Shown in pieces: positions 1 to 13,319 of a stretch of DNA of 64,000 nt. Every line of letters starts with the position of its first letter. Positions within the stretch are counted from its first letter, which is position 1. This stretch comes from Octopus vulgaris. Its lineage: Eukaryota. Location of the stretch: assembly GCA_951406725.2 (NCBI GenBank), contig OX597814.1, forward strand, positions 20,894,001 to 20,958,000, in the 5' to 3' direction. Both the position numbers and the translations under genes were made by a program. The notes below the pieces were generated by a model. That model made no database searches. It was not told the origin of the DNA and was given only the letters and a program-made list of their open reading frames with translations.

Positions 1-334
1 TTAAATTGAGGCAAGATATTTACAAAACATGCAATATTATATTTCATTTAAAAAAAAAAAAAAATAAATAACGAATATCAAATATGTTAAATCAAAACTT
101 AAGAAATTGGAAATGTTAGTAAAGAAATATATTTCCTAATTGTTTTATACTTTATTCGTGGTTCTTTTTTTTATAAAAATCAAGCAAGACCTTAGGCTTT
201 TTTAATTTTTAATAAATATAATCTTATATATAAATTTTTGTCATTTTCTAAACCCCACTTTCATAGACTTACACATTTCATAATTAGATAAACATAGGTT
301 TATAACTATATTTGAATGTCGAAACTTTACTCAC

Positions 335-561
335 CTAATATTTTTTATGGTAGTCTGATTGTTTTTATCTAAAGTACCTCCATCATCATCTTTAACACTA
401 TAACCTCTAAGATATCTTACAAAAACATCAGAAATACTTTTACGATGAATGTAACGGTTTTTATTATTTATCTGGTTTTCATTTCTTTGCGAATAGCAAT
501 GACATTGAGCGACAAATACACACATTATTAATCCAATGGTGAAAAGTGAGTGCCGTGCCAT
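335..561 (-). CDS. First coding exon of an unidentified secreted/membrane protein gene; continues off the left edge of the window
   Basis: ATG at 561 gives MARHSLFTIGLIMCVFVAQCHC (basic N-region, hydrophobic core, small residues at the cleavage site: signal-peptide-like), then YSQRNENQ...NQTTIKNI. It ends at a consensus donor AG|GTGAGT (GT at 334-333, phase 2). In-frame upstream ATGs at 570 and 600. Confidence 0.7.
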
Positions 562-700
562 GTTCACCATTACAAGAAACTTCCGACACAGCTGAACCAT
601 TGGCTTGCAATGACGTCATTCATCTGCCTCGACCCCAAAATGAGGCTACATGTCTCTTAGCCATATTGTTTGTTCATTTTAGTCGTCGTTTTGAATATTT
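562..700. promoter_or_regulatory. Putative compact bidirectional promoter with CRE palindrome and YY1-like motif
   Basis: Perfect palindrome AATGACGTCATT at 609-620 (CRE core TGACGTCA 611-618), GCCATATTG at 660-668, and local CpG enrichment between a minus-strand start codon (561) and a plus-strand splice donor (789). Confidence 0.55.
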
Positions 701-788
701 CAGAAATCTTTATTATATGGTGAAAAAAACCTCAATAATTTATTAGATAAAACACGCTCTGGAATTATCGTGTCCGTCTACGATAACA
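660..788 (+). other. Probable non-coding first exon (5' UTR) of the NKRF-like gene
   Basis: Strong donor ACA|GTAAGT (GT at 789-790) downstream of the promoter motifs. The start is approximate and linkage to the acceptor at 15744 is inferred. Confidence 0.45.
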
Positions 789-1209
789 GTAAGTAGTTTC
801 TACTTTCATAAATCGTATATTTGACGTTATTTTAATCGGTTAAACTTTGAAAACACACACAAAAAAAAAAGGGGGAAGGAGAGAAAAAAAATCGTTTCGT
901 GAGGATCTGATTTCTTTATATTTCCTTCCACTTGCTTTTTGTTTGTTATGTCAATTTCAGCAAGTTATTATGTTTAAAAACTGTATGTTTTTACTGCTTG
1001 GGAAATATAAAATTTAATTAGCTTACTGCTTAGGCATTAAGCTTTTTCAGAATTTCGAAAGAGCAGTCTTTTGCCCTATTTATGAAATAGCTATTGGCCA
1101 TCGGAGTGGTGCTTGTCAAGGGAACTTATGTCATGAAAGATGGCCATTAAAACAAAAACACACATGCAAACGCGCACACACACACACACGTGTGTTTGTA
1201 TGTGTGGTG

Positions 1210-1245
<36 letters not shown>

Positions 1246-1389
1246 CACGGATTTTTTTCAGTGAACAAGTCGCGGATTTTAGCGACGAAAATATTTTGAC
1301 AAATTAAAACTTAAATGTTGAAGTGAATCGATCGAACGGCTTTTGTGTGTTTCTTTAAATGGCTTATAAACACCTTCCACGCTGCAATT

Positions 1390-1428
<39 letters not shown>

Positions 1429-1849
1429 ATCACTTTTTTATTTTGAGATTAATGAATGATATGTAATCTAATAAATATGGACATAACAATGCTTGTGTTG
1501 TTAGTAATGGCGATATATTAATCGTCTCATGGAGGAAAAATCTCATTGCACTCGCCATTGCAGCCAACTGCTTCCTCTCTGATAAAGGATTTTCTCGGCT
1601 ATTTTAAAGAAATTTTGTACCAAGATTTCTTAATTTTACAAAAAAAAATTTTTTCAGAATTTTCCGCTTTAGAAATTTAAGCTGTTTACATCAATTAAAT
1701 TTCGGTTAAGCCTTCCTTATTAAAAAAAAAAAAAAAAATAATAATAATTTTTAAAATGTATGAAGTGATCAATTCTTCAGTTTATCGCTGTTTCGCAATA
1801 CAATTATTTGGGCAAATTTTCGGTATTCGTCGATTGCCGATTTGTTGTT

Positions 1850-2660
1850 TAAGCAGATCAATATAAAAGCATTCCACCTCTGATCATCCCATCTCTTAGG
1901 TGTATCTGAGGTCGGTAGGGCGTGATTTAAGCTAAATTCGGCTGCGCTTTCTAGCCGGTTAACCAGGTCAATCTGATCTATGATCAGGTCCTGTCGTTTT
2001 TATTCATTGGAAGAATGTCAATAAAGATTGCTCGATATCTCTCAGACTGTGATTTGAGGGAGGGGAGAAGCAAAATAAAATCAACTATCAAACACAGCAG
2101 TAGCCATAAAGCATTGTTTAATGTTTTCTCCCTTTTTTAAACTGCTAGGGGTGTGATCGAGGAAAGATTAGCATCTATTTCTAGTGGTTTGAGCGACCAC
2201 GTAAGGTTCCTCTTTGGCTCGTAGATGACCTGACATTCGCAGCTAACTCCCTAATATTTGAAAAATAAAATCAGATATATTGGACAATGTTATATAAAAT
2301 ACGGAATGGCTACGGTTGGAATGTCTTTGACCATCTCGATTAGGACTGAGCTGGTGCTAAGTAAAACTATATCCCACAAATGAACTCGAACCAGCGATGT
2401 AGCTTATATGCAGTTGTTCGATCTGCTAGAAAATGCAATCAAATTTCCCTCGTATCACATCCTAACCCTCTTGGGTTAGGATATGTCCTGCTTTCCTTGC
2501 ACATAGGAAAAAGCTGATCACGACTGGAATGCCTTTAATCATAAGTGTGTTCGATCAGGATTGGTTGACCTATGACTAAACGACTCGAGAAAACGGGGAA
2601 CCTTTCTGTCTTTTGATCTGCTGGAAATAGCTGCAAGCCTACACCTTACACACTTGAAAA
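1850..2660. repeat. Cluster of degenerate copies of a short interspersed repeat in both orientations
   Basis: Recurring blocks GCATTCCA..TGATCATCC / GCTGCTATTTCTAG (1850-1960, 1965-2195) and their reverse complements CTAGAAAT-GCA / GGAATG-CTTTGA-CAT (2215-2360, 2415-2570, 2610-2650). Further copies near 6330-6540, 7135-7210 and 56290-56440. Confidence 0.55.
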
Positions 2661-2990
2661 AAAGGTTTTTTTGCGAGCGTATTTTCCTTCCTATATTTGC
2701 TGGGTCTGTCAGGTTGGACATAAGACTGAATAACAGCGCTGTTAACAAAATGTGTTGTTTTAATTATAAAACATTTGTTTTTGCCTCTGTTAACTACTAT
2801 AAATTTAATCTTATCCCAGTTCATTTTATTATGGGTGATATTTGTTCCGAATAATGCTTTTTTTCTTTTTTCAGAATATCCTTATATGATTTGAAACTTA
2901 GTCAAGTAATTTCATTGAAGACGAAGCAACCTTAATTTCCTATCGTTTCAATATTTCTATATATAACTTGATTGTAAAGATAATATGGAA

Positions 2991-3154
2991 TACAGTAGTA
3001 TCTCGGTTTTCGAACACCTCTGACCAAAAGCACGATTTATTCGCGTTCGTAAACCGAGGTACTAAACCGAGGTATTAAATGAATATGAGAAAGACAGGAG
3101 ATAAGGCACGATTTATTCGTGATAAGAGGTGTTCGAAAACCGAGGTGCTATGTA
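2991..3154. mobile_element. Tigger/pogo-like MITE
   Basis: ~30-bp TIRs TACAGTAGTATCTCGGTTTTCGAACACCTCT / AGAGGTGTTCGAAAACCGAGGTGCTATGTA, TA flanks, CAGT terminus, no coding capacity. Confidence 0.75.
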
Positions 3155-3429
3155 TATTACAAACTTGTTTTCCCGCTGTTTTTAGTTGATATAATATTTG
3201 TTCACTCCAGCTCTAATTTTTTACATAGCAGTGTCAGAAATTGTTAGAAAGGAATCAGTTTGAAAAATTGAATAGCAATTTTAACATTAACTGAAACTTT
3301 TCAAATGTAAAATCAAAATTTATTTTGCTTTACATAAATTTAATCTCAAGTTTAACAAAAATTAACTGTCCATCGTCTCAGCTCAATACTAAAAGTACAC
3401 ACACTCAATAACCTAATTAGTCCTAAACG

Positions 3430-4718
3430 CTATGAAGGAGATTCCACACTGCCGCTCAGCTTTTAGAGCAAGCAACCGAATTCATACATGCATTCCAGAA
3501 GTTTTGGTTGTTTTTTTTAGGAGACACTGTTGCACGAGTTTGATCGGAATAGTTCGTACGTCGACTACGAAGGAGTGTTGTGAGATCTTGTATGCATTAA
3601 TGTCAGTCCTTCATTATTTATTTCTCGGTAAACTGATATCTGAGTGTTCAAAGGAGACTTCGAAAGTAACTAGTTGCGACTTTGGCATCGTGGTATTAAC
3701 CAGTAACTGCAGAAAGAAGGATATAGCCCCCAAGGACATTCATGCTGACATGTTGCTACATCACAGGATGACGTTCCAGCTTTATCAACAGCGCGAAAGT
3801 GGGCAACTGACTTTTAGGAGGGGAAGAGATAGTCTTGAAGATGATTCAAAGTCTGGACGTCCTGCAACTGCCACCCTCTAGGAAAACATTAATCGTATTC
3901 ACCACATGGTGATGGATGACAGGCGATTGGCTATAAATCAAATAACTAATACTATTAGTATATCCCATGAGAGTGTTGAGAATGAACTTGGCATGAGGAA
4001 ATTTTCTGCTTGGTGGGTGTCACATCTGACACCTGATAAAAAGCTCATCAGAGTCATCACATCATTAGAAAATGTTTGAGGCAGATCCAGCTGGTTTCCT
4101 TGAATGTTTCCTTATCCAAGATGAGTATTGGCTTCATCACTTCGACTCAGAGACAAGGAGATAATCCATGCAGTGGAAACACTCCTCTTCACGTACTCCA
4201 AAAAGGCCAAAGTCATTCCATGTGCAAGAAAGGTGATAGCCTCAGTTTTTTTGGGGATGCAAATGGCATTGTGTTTATTGACTATCTTCAAAAGGGCTAC
4301 ACCATTGATGGAGAGTACTGTGCCATCTTGCTGAGACAATTACGAAAGGCTATCAAGACCATGTGCTCAGGAAAACTGATGAAAGGGGCCTTATTTCATC
4401 AGGACAATGCTCCAGAACATTGGTCCTTGGTTTCAGTGGCTGCTGTGCATGACTGGGCTTTGAACTAGTTGATCATGCTCCCTATTCTCTTAATTTGGCC
4501 CCATCTGACTATCATTTGTTCCCCAACATGAAAAAACATTTGACTGGGAATCAGTATTGTGATGATGATGACATATCTGCTGTTAATGACTTTTTTGAAC
4601 AACAGGATGAAAGAAGTGTGTGGACTGCAAGGGAACTATGTTGAAAAATAAACCTCATTTGATCACATTCCTTGAGAATATCTTGGTTAGCCTATGAACT
4701 TTTCAACCAACCCTTGTA
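3430..4718 (+). mobile_element. Decayed mariner (DD34D-type) transposon
   Basis: Frameshifted transposase pieces SLEDDSKSGRPAT, GIVFIDYLQKGYTIDGEY, FHQDNAPEH, HAPYS-NLAPSDYHLF; right TIR-like end AACTTTTCAACCAACCCTTGTA. 5' boundary approximate. Confidence 0.85.
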
Positions 4719-4799
4719 GTTGTCTGAGGTTATTGTAATTTTAGTATATCATTACTATATATCTAATAACTTGACCTGCCAACATTTTTTTATTCCAGA

Positions 4800-5640
4800 T
4801 TGAAGAAGACAGCTACTTTGAACACACCCTACTAAACACTGCTTCTGACTGTTCACTAATTTGTAGAGCGCAGTCAGGATGTGATGATAGTTTGAAAGCA
4901 TGCTATGCCATAAAATTTGGTGTTAAACTGGGCAAAAACATAGCAGAAACTTATGAAATGCTTCAGACTGCTTATGTATTAATTTGTATGAGCTGAGCAT
5001 CTGGTTTTTGCTGGCACAAGATGTTCAAGGATGGTAGATAAGTGATGGGAGGGAGAGGGATGTTAGAACGTCAGTGTTAGTTGAGAAAATTTGCAATTTT
5101 CTAGATGAAGACCATCATGTATCTATAAAGAAAATAAACATGCAATTTGAAGTTGGTGTGGCAACTGCACACAGTTGTTCAGGAAGATCTGAACATGTGC
5201 AAGTTTGTTCGCAGGGTGCTCAATGATGAACAGAAAAAAAGGTATGTAGGTAATAGCAGGGCAAAGGTTGACCTCATTACTTCCCAATCGAAGAGTACTT
5301 GTGTCTTTGGTGACCAGTGATGAAAGCTGGATCCACTGTTATGGTCCAGAAACCAAGAGATAGATGCCTAATGGAAGCATCCTGGTTTCCCAAACTTGTG
5401 ATGGTCCTCTTTTTCGGCAGCAAAGGCATCATCTACATCCACTATGTTCCTTCTGGCCAGGTAGTCAACAAAGTGTTTTGTGGGTGTTTTGAGGGAGTTA
5501 ACGAAGAGATTTCATTGTAAAAGGCCAGAGCTCTTCCATTCAGGTTGGCACCTGCACCAGGACAATGCACCAATCCACAATTCCATCCTGATAACCTACT
5601 TGACAGAGATGGGCATCAAAACTGTCCCTCATCCTCCCTT
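4800..5640 (+). mobile_element. Second decayed mariner transposon fragment
   Basis: YAIKFGVKLGKNIAETYEMLQTAY, SDESWIHCYGPETK and WHLHQDNAPIH...TVPHPP in shifting frames. Confidence 0.82.
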
Positions 5641-7229
5641 GTATCTTAAGAGGAGGGACCAATGAGACAATGGCAAAGTTATTAGAGCATCAAATAAACT
5701 ACCATTCAATATTTGTTCCAATCCTCACATTTTCAATTCTCATCAATCTGATCTCTGCTTTGACTCTCAGTCTTCCCTCTGAGAGTTGATTTAATTATTT
5801 TGCAATGAAGTGAAAATCTTGATACACTTTTTGGCAATGTCTATCCAGGCGAAAATGTTGAATATGCCTACCCCATTTTTTTTTTCCAAAAATTTCTTCG
5901 GACTTCTAAATTTTCAACTATGAGGATTACAGTTTTACCATTTCTTCTGCAGACCACCGTTTTTTGTCTTTTTAACTTATTCCAAAATTTACTTTTTTCT
6001 GAATTTCATGTTTAAAAATACAGAAATTGGTTCTGAAAAAAAATTTTTTTTCCAGTATTTCAATTTTTTAATGTGGATAGCTTATAATTTTCCACTTTTA
6101 TTTTACCATAAAATGAAAGATCATCACAATTTTCTTCAAAATGTTTTTAATGGCAGGATTGCAATTTCAACTATACAAAAGTGAAGGTGACACTGATTTA
6201 AAAAAAAATTTTACTGCAAAGAATGTAGAAAATTTAATGTGCTGGGTTCTTGCCCCTCATCTAAAAATGAGGAAGAAAGAAGGGGTATGCGTATATTTTA
6301 GTTACAATCTAGGTAACATTGGCCGCCCTTGACCAAACAAATCGATGACATTAGTAATTGGCTGTTATTTATCTCCAAAATGACCCTGATTAAGCAGACC
6401 TATGACCAGAAGCATTCAAGCTCTGATAGTCATCTTATTTTCATAAGTACTTCATCTAAAATGCCCATTTTCAAAACAGTAGAAGATAGTTTGAAGAAAA
6501 TTTGGCTGCTATTTCTAGCAAGTCTAGTATCTTTTTAAAAGCTTCCGTTTATACATTTGGTATAATGACTGGGTTGTGTTCAAGGGGTGGACAGTTTGTC
6601 AATTGGCACATAACTGTTGCTGTTTTTTAAGCACTTCAATGATACATATCCTTGCAAAATGTTGAGGACAGATATAATGGGAGGGTTTTGCAATAATGTG
6701 ACCAGGTATTTTGGTAGTTGTGCAAGGCTGGAGGTGCATGACTGTGTTTTGGAAATGAGAGAAGGAGATAACTTGGCTAGTTGACTTAATTTGATGGTTG
6801 GGTTAACACCATTACTTAACTTTTTGGTATTTTTATCAGAGACTGCTCTTTTGCAAGCTTTTGAACTAACACTTTGGTCTGGGAATAATCAATGCTTGTG
6901 GTTATCTCCTTCCTCACCAGTCTTGGAGGCTGTGTAAAAAAGCCATAGGAGTTGATTGTCCTATGACCAAACTGTTGAAGAAAAAGAACAAAAATCAACA
7001 GTACTATTATGATGTCTTTTAGTGGGTAGATATTATTTTGTCGTGTGGCCTTAGGTCAGTTCTAACTGAACGCAGCATTTAGTATGCAAAACTTAAACAA
7101 CTGAGCACAATTATGTTTTCTGGTCATTCTTACTGTTTAACCTCAGGTTGCACTTGATTAGGTGGACCTCTGATTAAATGCCTTCCAGCTAAGACCACCC
7201 TATTCTCTGCTGCTCGTTTTGTTCCAGTT

Positions 7230-8550
7230 ACAGCTAAAAGTGTTCCAGCATGACACCTGATATAGTGCATTCAGCGTTTGTTTCATTTTGTGATAGCTGT
7301 GTGTGAAAGAAGTTATAGCTGTTGTTTCCAAGAAAACATTGACCCTCACTGTATTTTTGCACACGGCTTATAGTGACCACCAAGTTACTGAACATTGTAC
7401 TCTATCTAATGCCTTCTCCGAGTCAATGAATGCTAGAGATAGTGGCTTACTCTTAGTCAAGTATTTCTCCAGCAGTTGCTCAAAAGGAAGATTGCATTTG
7501 TGGTATCTCTTTTGGACATGAAGCCTTACTACTTCTCATTTAGATCTACTCTGTCCAGATAGTTGTATGACTCTCCATGTGAGCTTCATAACCAGATCTA
7601 GCAGTTTGATTTCTCTATAGTTGCTTCTCTCTAAAACATCTCCTTTGTCTTTGTAACAATTTACGATGATACTATGTCAGTCATTGGATATAACTCCTTG
7701 TGTAACTTGATTAACTATCTGGATAGAAGTTGTGTATCATGCCTCACTAGATAATTTGAGTATTTCCACAACTATCCCTGATAGATCCACAGTGATCTGT
7801 TTCATGTCCTTAATTACTTTGTCTACCATTGTCTACCATGTTGCTGTCAACATGATTTGCAGGTCCTTCTGTAAGTTCAGCTGAAGTAGCCCCTTTTTAT
7901 CCCATGAATTCTCTGCAGCTTTTTATAACAACACTTCTAAATCACTTTCGATATCGATGTCAAGTTTGATTTCATTATTCTGAATCTACTTCTCACCAAT
8001 GACATCTTGCTTCTCTCACACATTGTCTTGCATTCCTGAACACTTCGTGCCTCTGATCCTTGTATTGCAAGACATGTGCAAATCTTTTCTACCCATTTGA
8101 TAATGCTTCCTACTACCACCTCCTTCCATGTTTTTCAAACACGTTTCTTTGCCTTTTCTGATCTATCAACTGTGTCATTCCATTACCACATTATCTTTGA
8201 TTGACTTGCAACCTTAAGCATGTTATTTCATATAAATTCCCAGTTGTCATCCATGCTACAGAAATCTAAATGCTTCTCCCTGGTCATATGCATTAATTAG
8301 TGTTTCTCTAAACCTATTTTCAACTGTAGGATCTTTTACTTTCTGTACCTTCCTTCTTCATATTGTCTTGTTTCAGTCTCTGCCTAGCTGCAACCCTGAA
8401 GTTGCCATTTATCTGTGTTGTGTAATGCATTCTTTACCAGGGAAGGTTTTGGTATTTACCATTCTCCCACTCCTCATTCCATTTCCTGGTGAGAATGTAA
8501 TCTCCAGATTGCTGGATGCCTGTTGTCTTAAAGTGTGTGTTGCCTATCAT
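7230..8550 (-). mobile_element. Old, degenerate RTE LINE fragment related to the 17.5-21.3 kb element
   Basis: Minus-strand remnants VNCYKDKGDVLERSNYREIKLLDLVMK and QLLEKYLTKSKPL parallel the motifs of the 840-aa ORF; many stops. Confidence 0.75.
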
Positions 8551-9362
8551 AGAACTCAAGAAGTCTTACACCCTCCTCATTTTATCTAGCCCTAGGATGG
8601 TAGGTTATATGCTTTTAATATTTTGGACTTCCAGACTTCTTTTCTAGGCCATGTTTTCTTTCCTATTCCTTCCTTTTGTTTATTTTGGATGCTTCTGTTT
8701 TACTCTGATGAAGCACCGTGCTTGCCCTAATTCAAATGTCCTATGAAGATGAGGAATTTTATTTTCGCAATTATTTGTAAACATTGATCAGCACCAGATA
8801 TGGAAACGGCCATAAGATTTGTTATGCCAAATAAATGTTATGCCATCGTTTGTATTAAATAATAAACTATAAATGTGGTCCAATTGATGTGCTTGTTGGT
8901 CTGAGGTTTTCTCCATTTTCTGATTATTTATATATATATGTATTTCATTGATCATTTGATTTGATTTCTCTGTGAAACACACACACATAATGGGTAACAA
9001 TATGTCAAAAGGCATAAAATAGATACAGCTGGTGGTGTTCAGTGTAGGGTCAGATACCTAAAATCCAACTTCACTGTTGATAGATGGAATCCAGACAAAC
9101 AAGATTTAACTTTGGCTAATGTACTGATCAAGGTAATGAAAGTATAATAAAATAGCTGGACAAGCAGTTGTTAACATCAAAGTATTTATTTACAGAAGTA
9201 AGTATAAATACACTTATGGTTATAATTATGTTTTGATGTGAATTAAGAGCCTGTTCAACATTTTTTTTTTTTAAATTTATTTTATCATATGCACATATTT
9301 ACATAGATTCATACATGCTTGTATTGATGTACACAAACATGTGCACGACACATGCAATCTCA

Positions 9363-9406
<44 letters not shown>

Positions 9407-9947
9407 TAGGTGATTAGTGAAATAGATGCAACAAAGAGAGAGGAAACTGTGTAACAGTTCCTGTGTGGTTACTGGGCCAGTATGTGAAAATGTGTTTGTG
9501 TATGTATGTTGTATATACATATGTGCATGTGCACATGCTTGTTTGAGCTTTCACCATTTTTTGGAGTATTTTTGTTGTTATCCTTTGTGCTCTTTAAGAT
9601 GGAAGGTTGAGATTTGATTGCAGTTTCTTGCAGGTTGAACACCCATATTCTATCTTTCTGTCCGTCTGTCTCTCATTTGCCATTGCTGTATTGTCAGTTG
9701 CAAATAAATGTAATTTTTTTTTTTAATACTATTAACAGAACTATGTATGTGTATTATGAAAAGAAACTTCAAAAAAGCGACAGGCAGGCACAGTGGAAAT
9801 ACTGTGATGTGTAACAATGAAAGTCCTTGCTGCTAATTCATTAATCCACTTCAGTTTTGCAATATAAAAGTTTCATTTCATTTGTGGTATTAAACAAAAC
9901 AAACATTTTGTGTGTGTGTATACATATATATATATATATAAATATAT

Positions 9948-10720
9948 ATCATTATTTAACGTCTGCTTTCCATGCTAGCATGGATGCCCTTCCTAACACC
10001 AACCACTCCTGTGTGCTTTTACGTGCCACCGGCACATGGCCAGCTCAAATGGTGTTTTTTATGTGCCACCTGCACAGGAGCCAGTCCAGCGGCATTGGCA
10101 ACAACCTTGCTTGAATGTGTCTTCATGTGCCACCGGCACAAGTGCCAGTAAGGCGATGCTGGTAATGATCACGTTCAAATGGTGCTTTTTATGTGCCACC
10201 GGCAAGGAAGCTAGTTATATATATATCATCATCATCATCGTTTAACATCCACTTTCCAAACTGACATGAGTTGGATGGTTTGACTGAGGAATGGCAAGTC
10301 AGAAGGCTGCACTAAGCTCCAATCTGATCTGGCAAAGTTTCTACAGCTGGATGCCCTTCATAACGCCAACCACTCAGAGAGTGTAGTGGGTGCTTTTACA
10401 TGCCACCAGCATGAGGGCCAATTAGGCGGTACTGGTAACGACCACACTCAAGAGGTGTTTTTTTATGTGCAACCTGTATGGAAGCCAGTCTGGCGGCACT
10501 GGCAACGAGTATGCTCAAATGTTTTTTCACATACCACTAGTACATGTGCCAGTAAGGCAACGCTGGCAATGATCACGCTCAAATGGTGCTTTTTACATGC
10601 CACTGGCACGGGTGCCAGTCAGTGGCCCTGGCAACAATCACGCTCGGATGGTGCTTTTAACATTCTACTGGCACAAGTGCCAATCAGGCGGTATTGTCAT
10701 TGGTCACGTCAGCAATTTTG
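9948..10720 (-). mobile_element. Two adjacent non-autonomous elements with the RTE 3' tail and internal ~65-bp tandem units
   Basis: (CAT)n tail and GGATGCCCTTCCTAACGCCAACCACTC shared with the LINE 3' UTR at 17548-17740; repeated unit GGTGCTTTT-ATGTGCCACCGGCAC..GCCAGT..GGC. Confidence 0.75.
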
Positions 10721-10959
10721 ATTTCACTTATATATTAAGTTATAGAAAATGGATATAAACTAGTAAAAAAAAAAGATCTCTATATATTTGCTTATGATAG
10801 CATAATACCAACATCTGTAGTCAAAATTATATATAATACTATTGTATTTTTAATGCAGCACATCCCATAAGTGATGTTGTCTCAGGACAAATACAGCAGT
10901 AACAAGCCTAACAATGGTGTATATACATTAAGTATGAAACAACTATATAACACTACGTT

Positions 10960-11174
10960 TCACCCTCTAGTATTCAGAAAAATCAGTCAAATGTACTGTT
11001 TATATTGTTTTGAATTAATCATGCATTATATTATAATTTAGTGATTTCGTTGATGTGATTGTTTATTTTTAGACTGACATTGTAGGGTAGGTGTGAGAGG
11101 CCAGATCTGGCCATTTTGAACAAAACGGGAAATGTTTTGGCCTGATATGGCCGGTTTGAATGCAAAAGGGTTAA
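10960..11174. mobile_element. piggyBac-like MITE (family also at 29374-29589 and 49669-50313)
   Basis: Ends in AAGGG-TTAA; reverse-complement homology to the TTAA-flanked copy at 29370-29593. Confidence 0.6.
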
Positions 11175-13319
11175 ATTATTTTACAGACATGGGGAAGGAG
11201 GCATATGTTGTGACCAATAAAGTATTGGATAAAAATTAAATATGATCTATTCCAAACTTAGAGGATATTTAGTAGCAGGAAAGAAAATTAAATTTTCTTA
11301 ATTTCTTAGATTTAAACAAGTCAATATAATAGATGTAAATTAACAATGTATTGCGAAACCTTTAGGACAGTTTGAACACAAACCATTGAGTTATTTGCAG
11401 GCTTTGCAGCTAAAAGTAAGATGGCAATAATCACTGGTTTTATTAAAATACTTAACAGATTAAATATGTTGAATGATTGTTATGTACTTACCTGATAAGA
11501 AGACAACAACAACTGAATTTATGATAGAAAACCAATGGATCTGTACATTACTCATGGCCAAATACGTATCCCATCTGGAAGCCTACTGAATATCGTTGCT
11601 CTGCCAATCCTCAGAATATGAGAAATCACTTTTGTTTCTCATAGAGAGAGAGAGGTAGCTAACATCCATGCATTATCCATCATCTCTGATTGGCTGTCTG
11701 CAAGAAATTTGATGAGTTGGTTGCTAAATTGTGAGGCTTGAATGATGTTAGAGTTCCAGAAGTTCCGTAGAATTTCATCAATTTAGCAATATGGCTACTG
11801 AGATTAACTAGACAAGTATTAACAAGTGATGTGTAATTGCCCTTTATGAACAGAGGAATAATGCTGATAATAAAGCAGAATTGGAAGAATAGCGAGTATT
11901 GGTGCAGTAGAAAGAGCTCGCCACATTTGAGAAGCAGATAAGTAACACCATCAAGATAAGTGGAAGTATAGTTGCACTTATACTTGAGATAGCATTGCTG
12001 GAGATGTTATGGAATTTAGGGGTGAAGATGGTACATTTGGATTTTCAACAGTAAAAATGGTAACATAACATTAGGCAATAAGTCCTGCACTCTTCTGGGA
12101 TCATCAGTAATCTGATGTGTGGGGCCTCTGTTTCAAATACACATATTTTCAAACCACTCTACTATCTGCATTGGTTAGTAATGCTTTCAGTTTAGTCACA
12201 TGCATGATATGGTTGGAAACTGTTGCAGCTTCTATTATCCTCTGTTCCATGAATCTGTGTTTATGTTTAGAATCCCATTATTCTTTCCTGATAAAGTGGA
12301 CTGCTGCAATCTTTCATGCTGAAATTTTGGGTTTCTAATATGTATATATGGTACTGATGTTTTGAATGCAGCTCAGATTGAATTAAGAATGTGATGAAGG
12401 ATAGTATTGACATCTCTGGAATTGTAAAATGGAAGCCAGTTTAGCTGTTGTAACTCAGTACATATATACATACATCTGCACATGCACACGCATATACATA
12501 TGTATATGTGTGTAATGTGTATATGATGGCTGTCAACTCATGATAAAGGAAGACAATGCAGACCTGCTGGTTCATTTACCATGCTCAAGCAAGCAAAAGT
12601 GATGTTTTTTTGGTTAGTTGTCCTAACAGACTGACTGACAACATAAACACTAGAAATAGTTTACTATAATCATCGATAAGTGTTATCAAATCACTAAGTC
12701 TCAGATGTGCTCATACAGCTAATGGTTTTCACTGAATATTGCATGCGCACACACACATCAATATCATCTTCCATTTAACAGCTCATTTGCTGCAATTGCT
12801 TTCCTTTCTACTCATTCTGATAATCATGTTTACCATAACGAACAGTGACAACATTCAACATTGAGAATCCTTTTGTTTTCTAGGGAACAAGTCAACCTCA
12901 CTAATGTTAGTACTAAATGAGCAGAGAAATAGTAATGTCGAAAGTACTTTTTAGCCTTGTTGTGTCAAGGGCATGACAGTCTCTTTTATGTAGATGCCAT
13001 GATGTACACTTTATAAAGTGATTGGTTTCAGGAAAGACATTTAACCATAGAAACCAAGCTAAGATGAAACATGGTTCCCTGCCCCATCTCACAGGATAGT
13101 TACTCCAAATAAAAACTGGCTGATAATCCAACCAACTTGTACCAGCATGGAAAGTGAATATATTGTGATAAAAATGATACTCGTGTGTGTGTCATCTATA
13201 AACATTTTTTCTTAATGTTTTCTCTCTGACAATGTATATTTATTATGCATTTTATATATATCTGTGCACATATTTAGTCAAATACACTTGCACATATTAC
13301 ATTACTTTACATATCCCTT

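Noticed and set aside
9990-10720. Regularly spaced repeats resembling a CRISPR array
   Set aside because: The whole ~65-bp unit is repeated with no unique spacers, the context is eukaryotic, there are no cas genes, and it is attached to a LINE-type tail.
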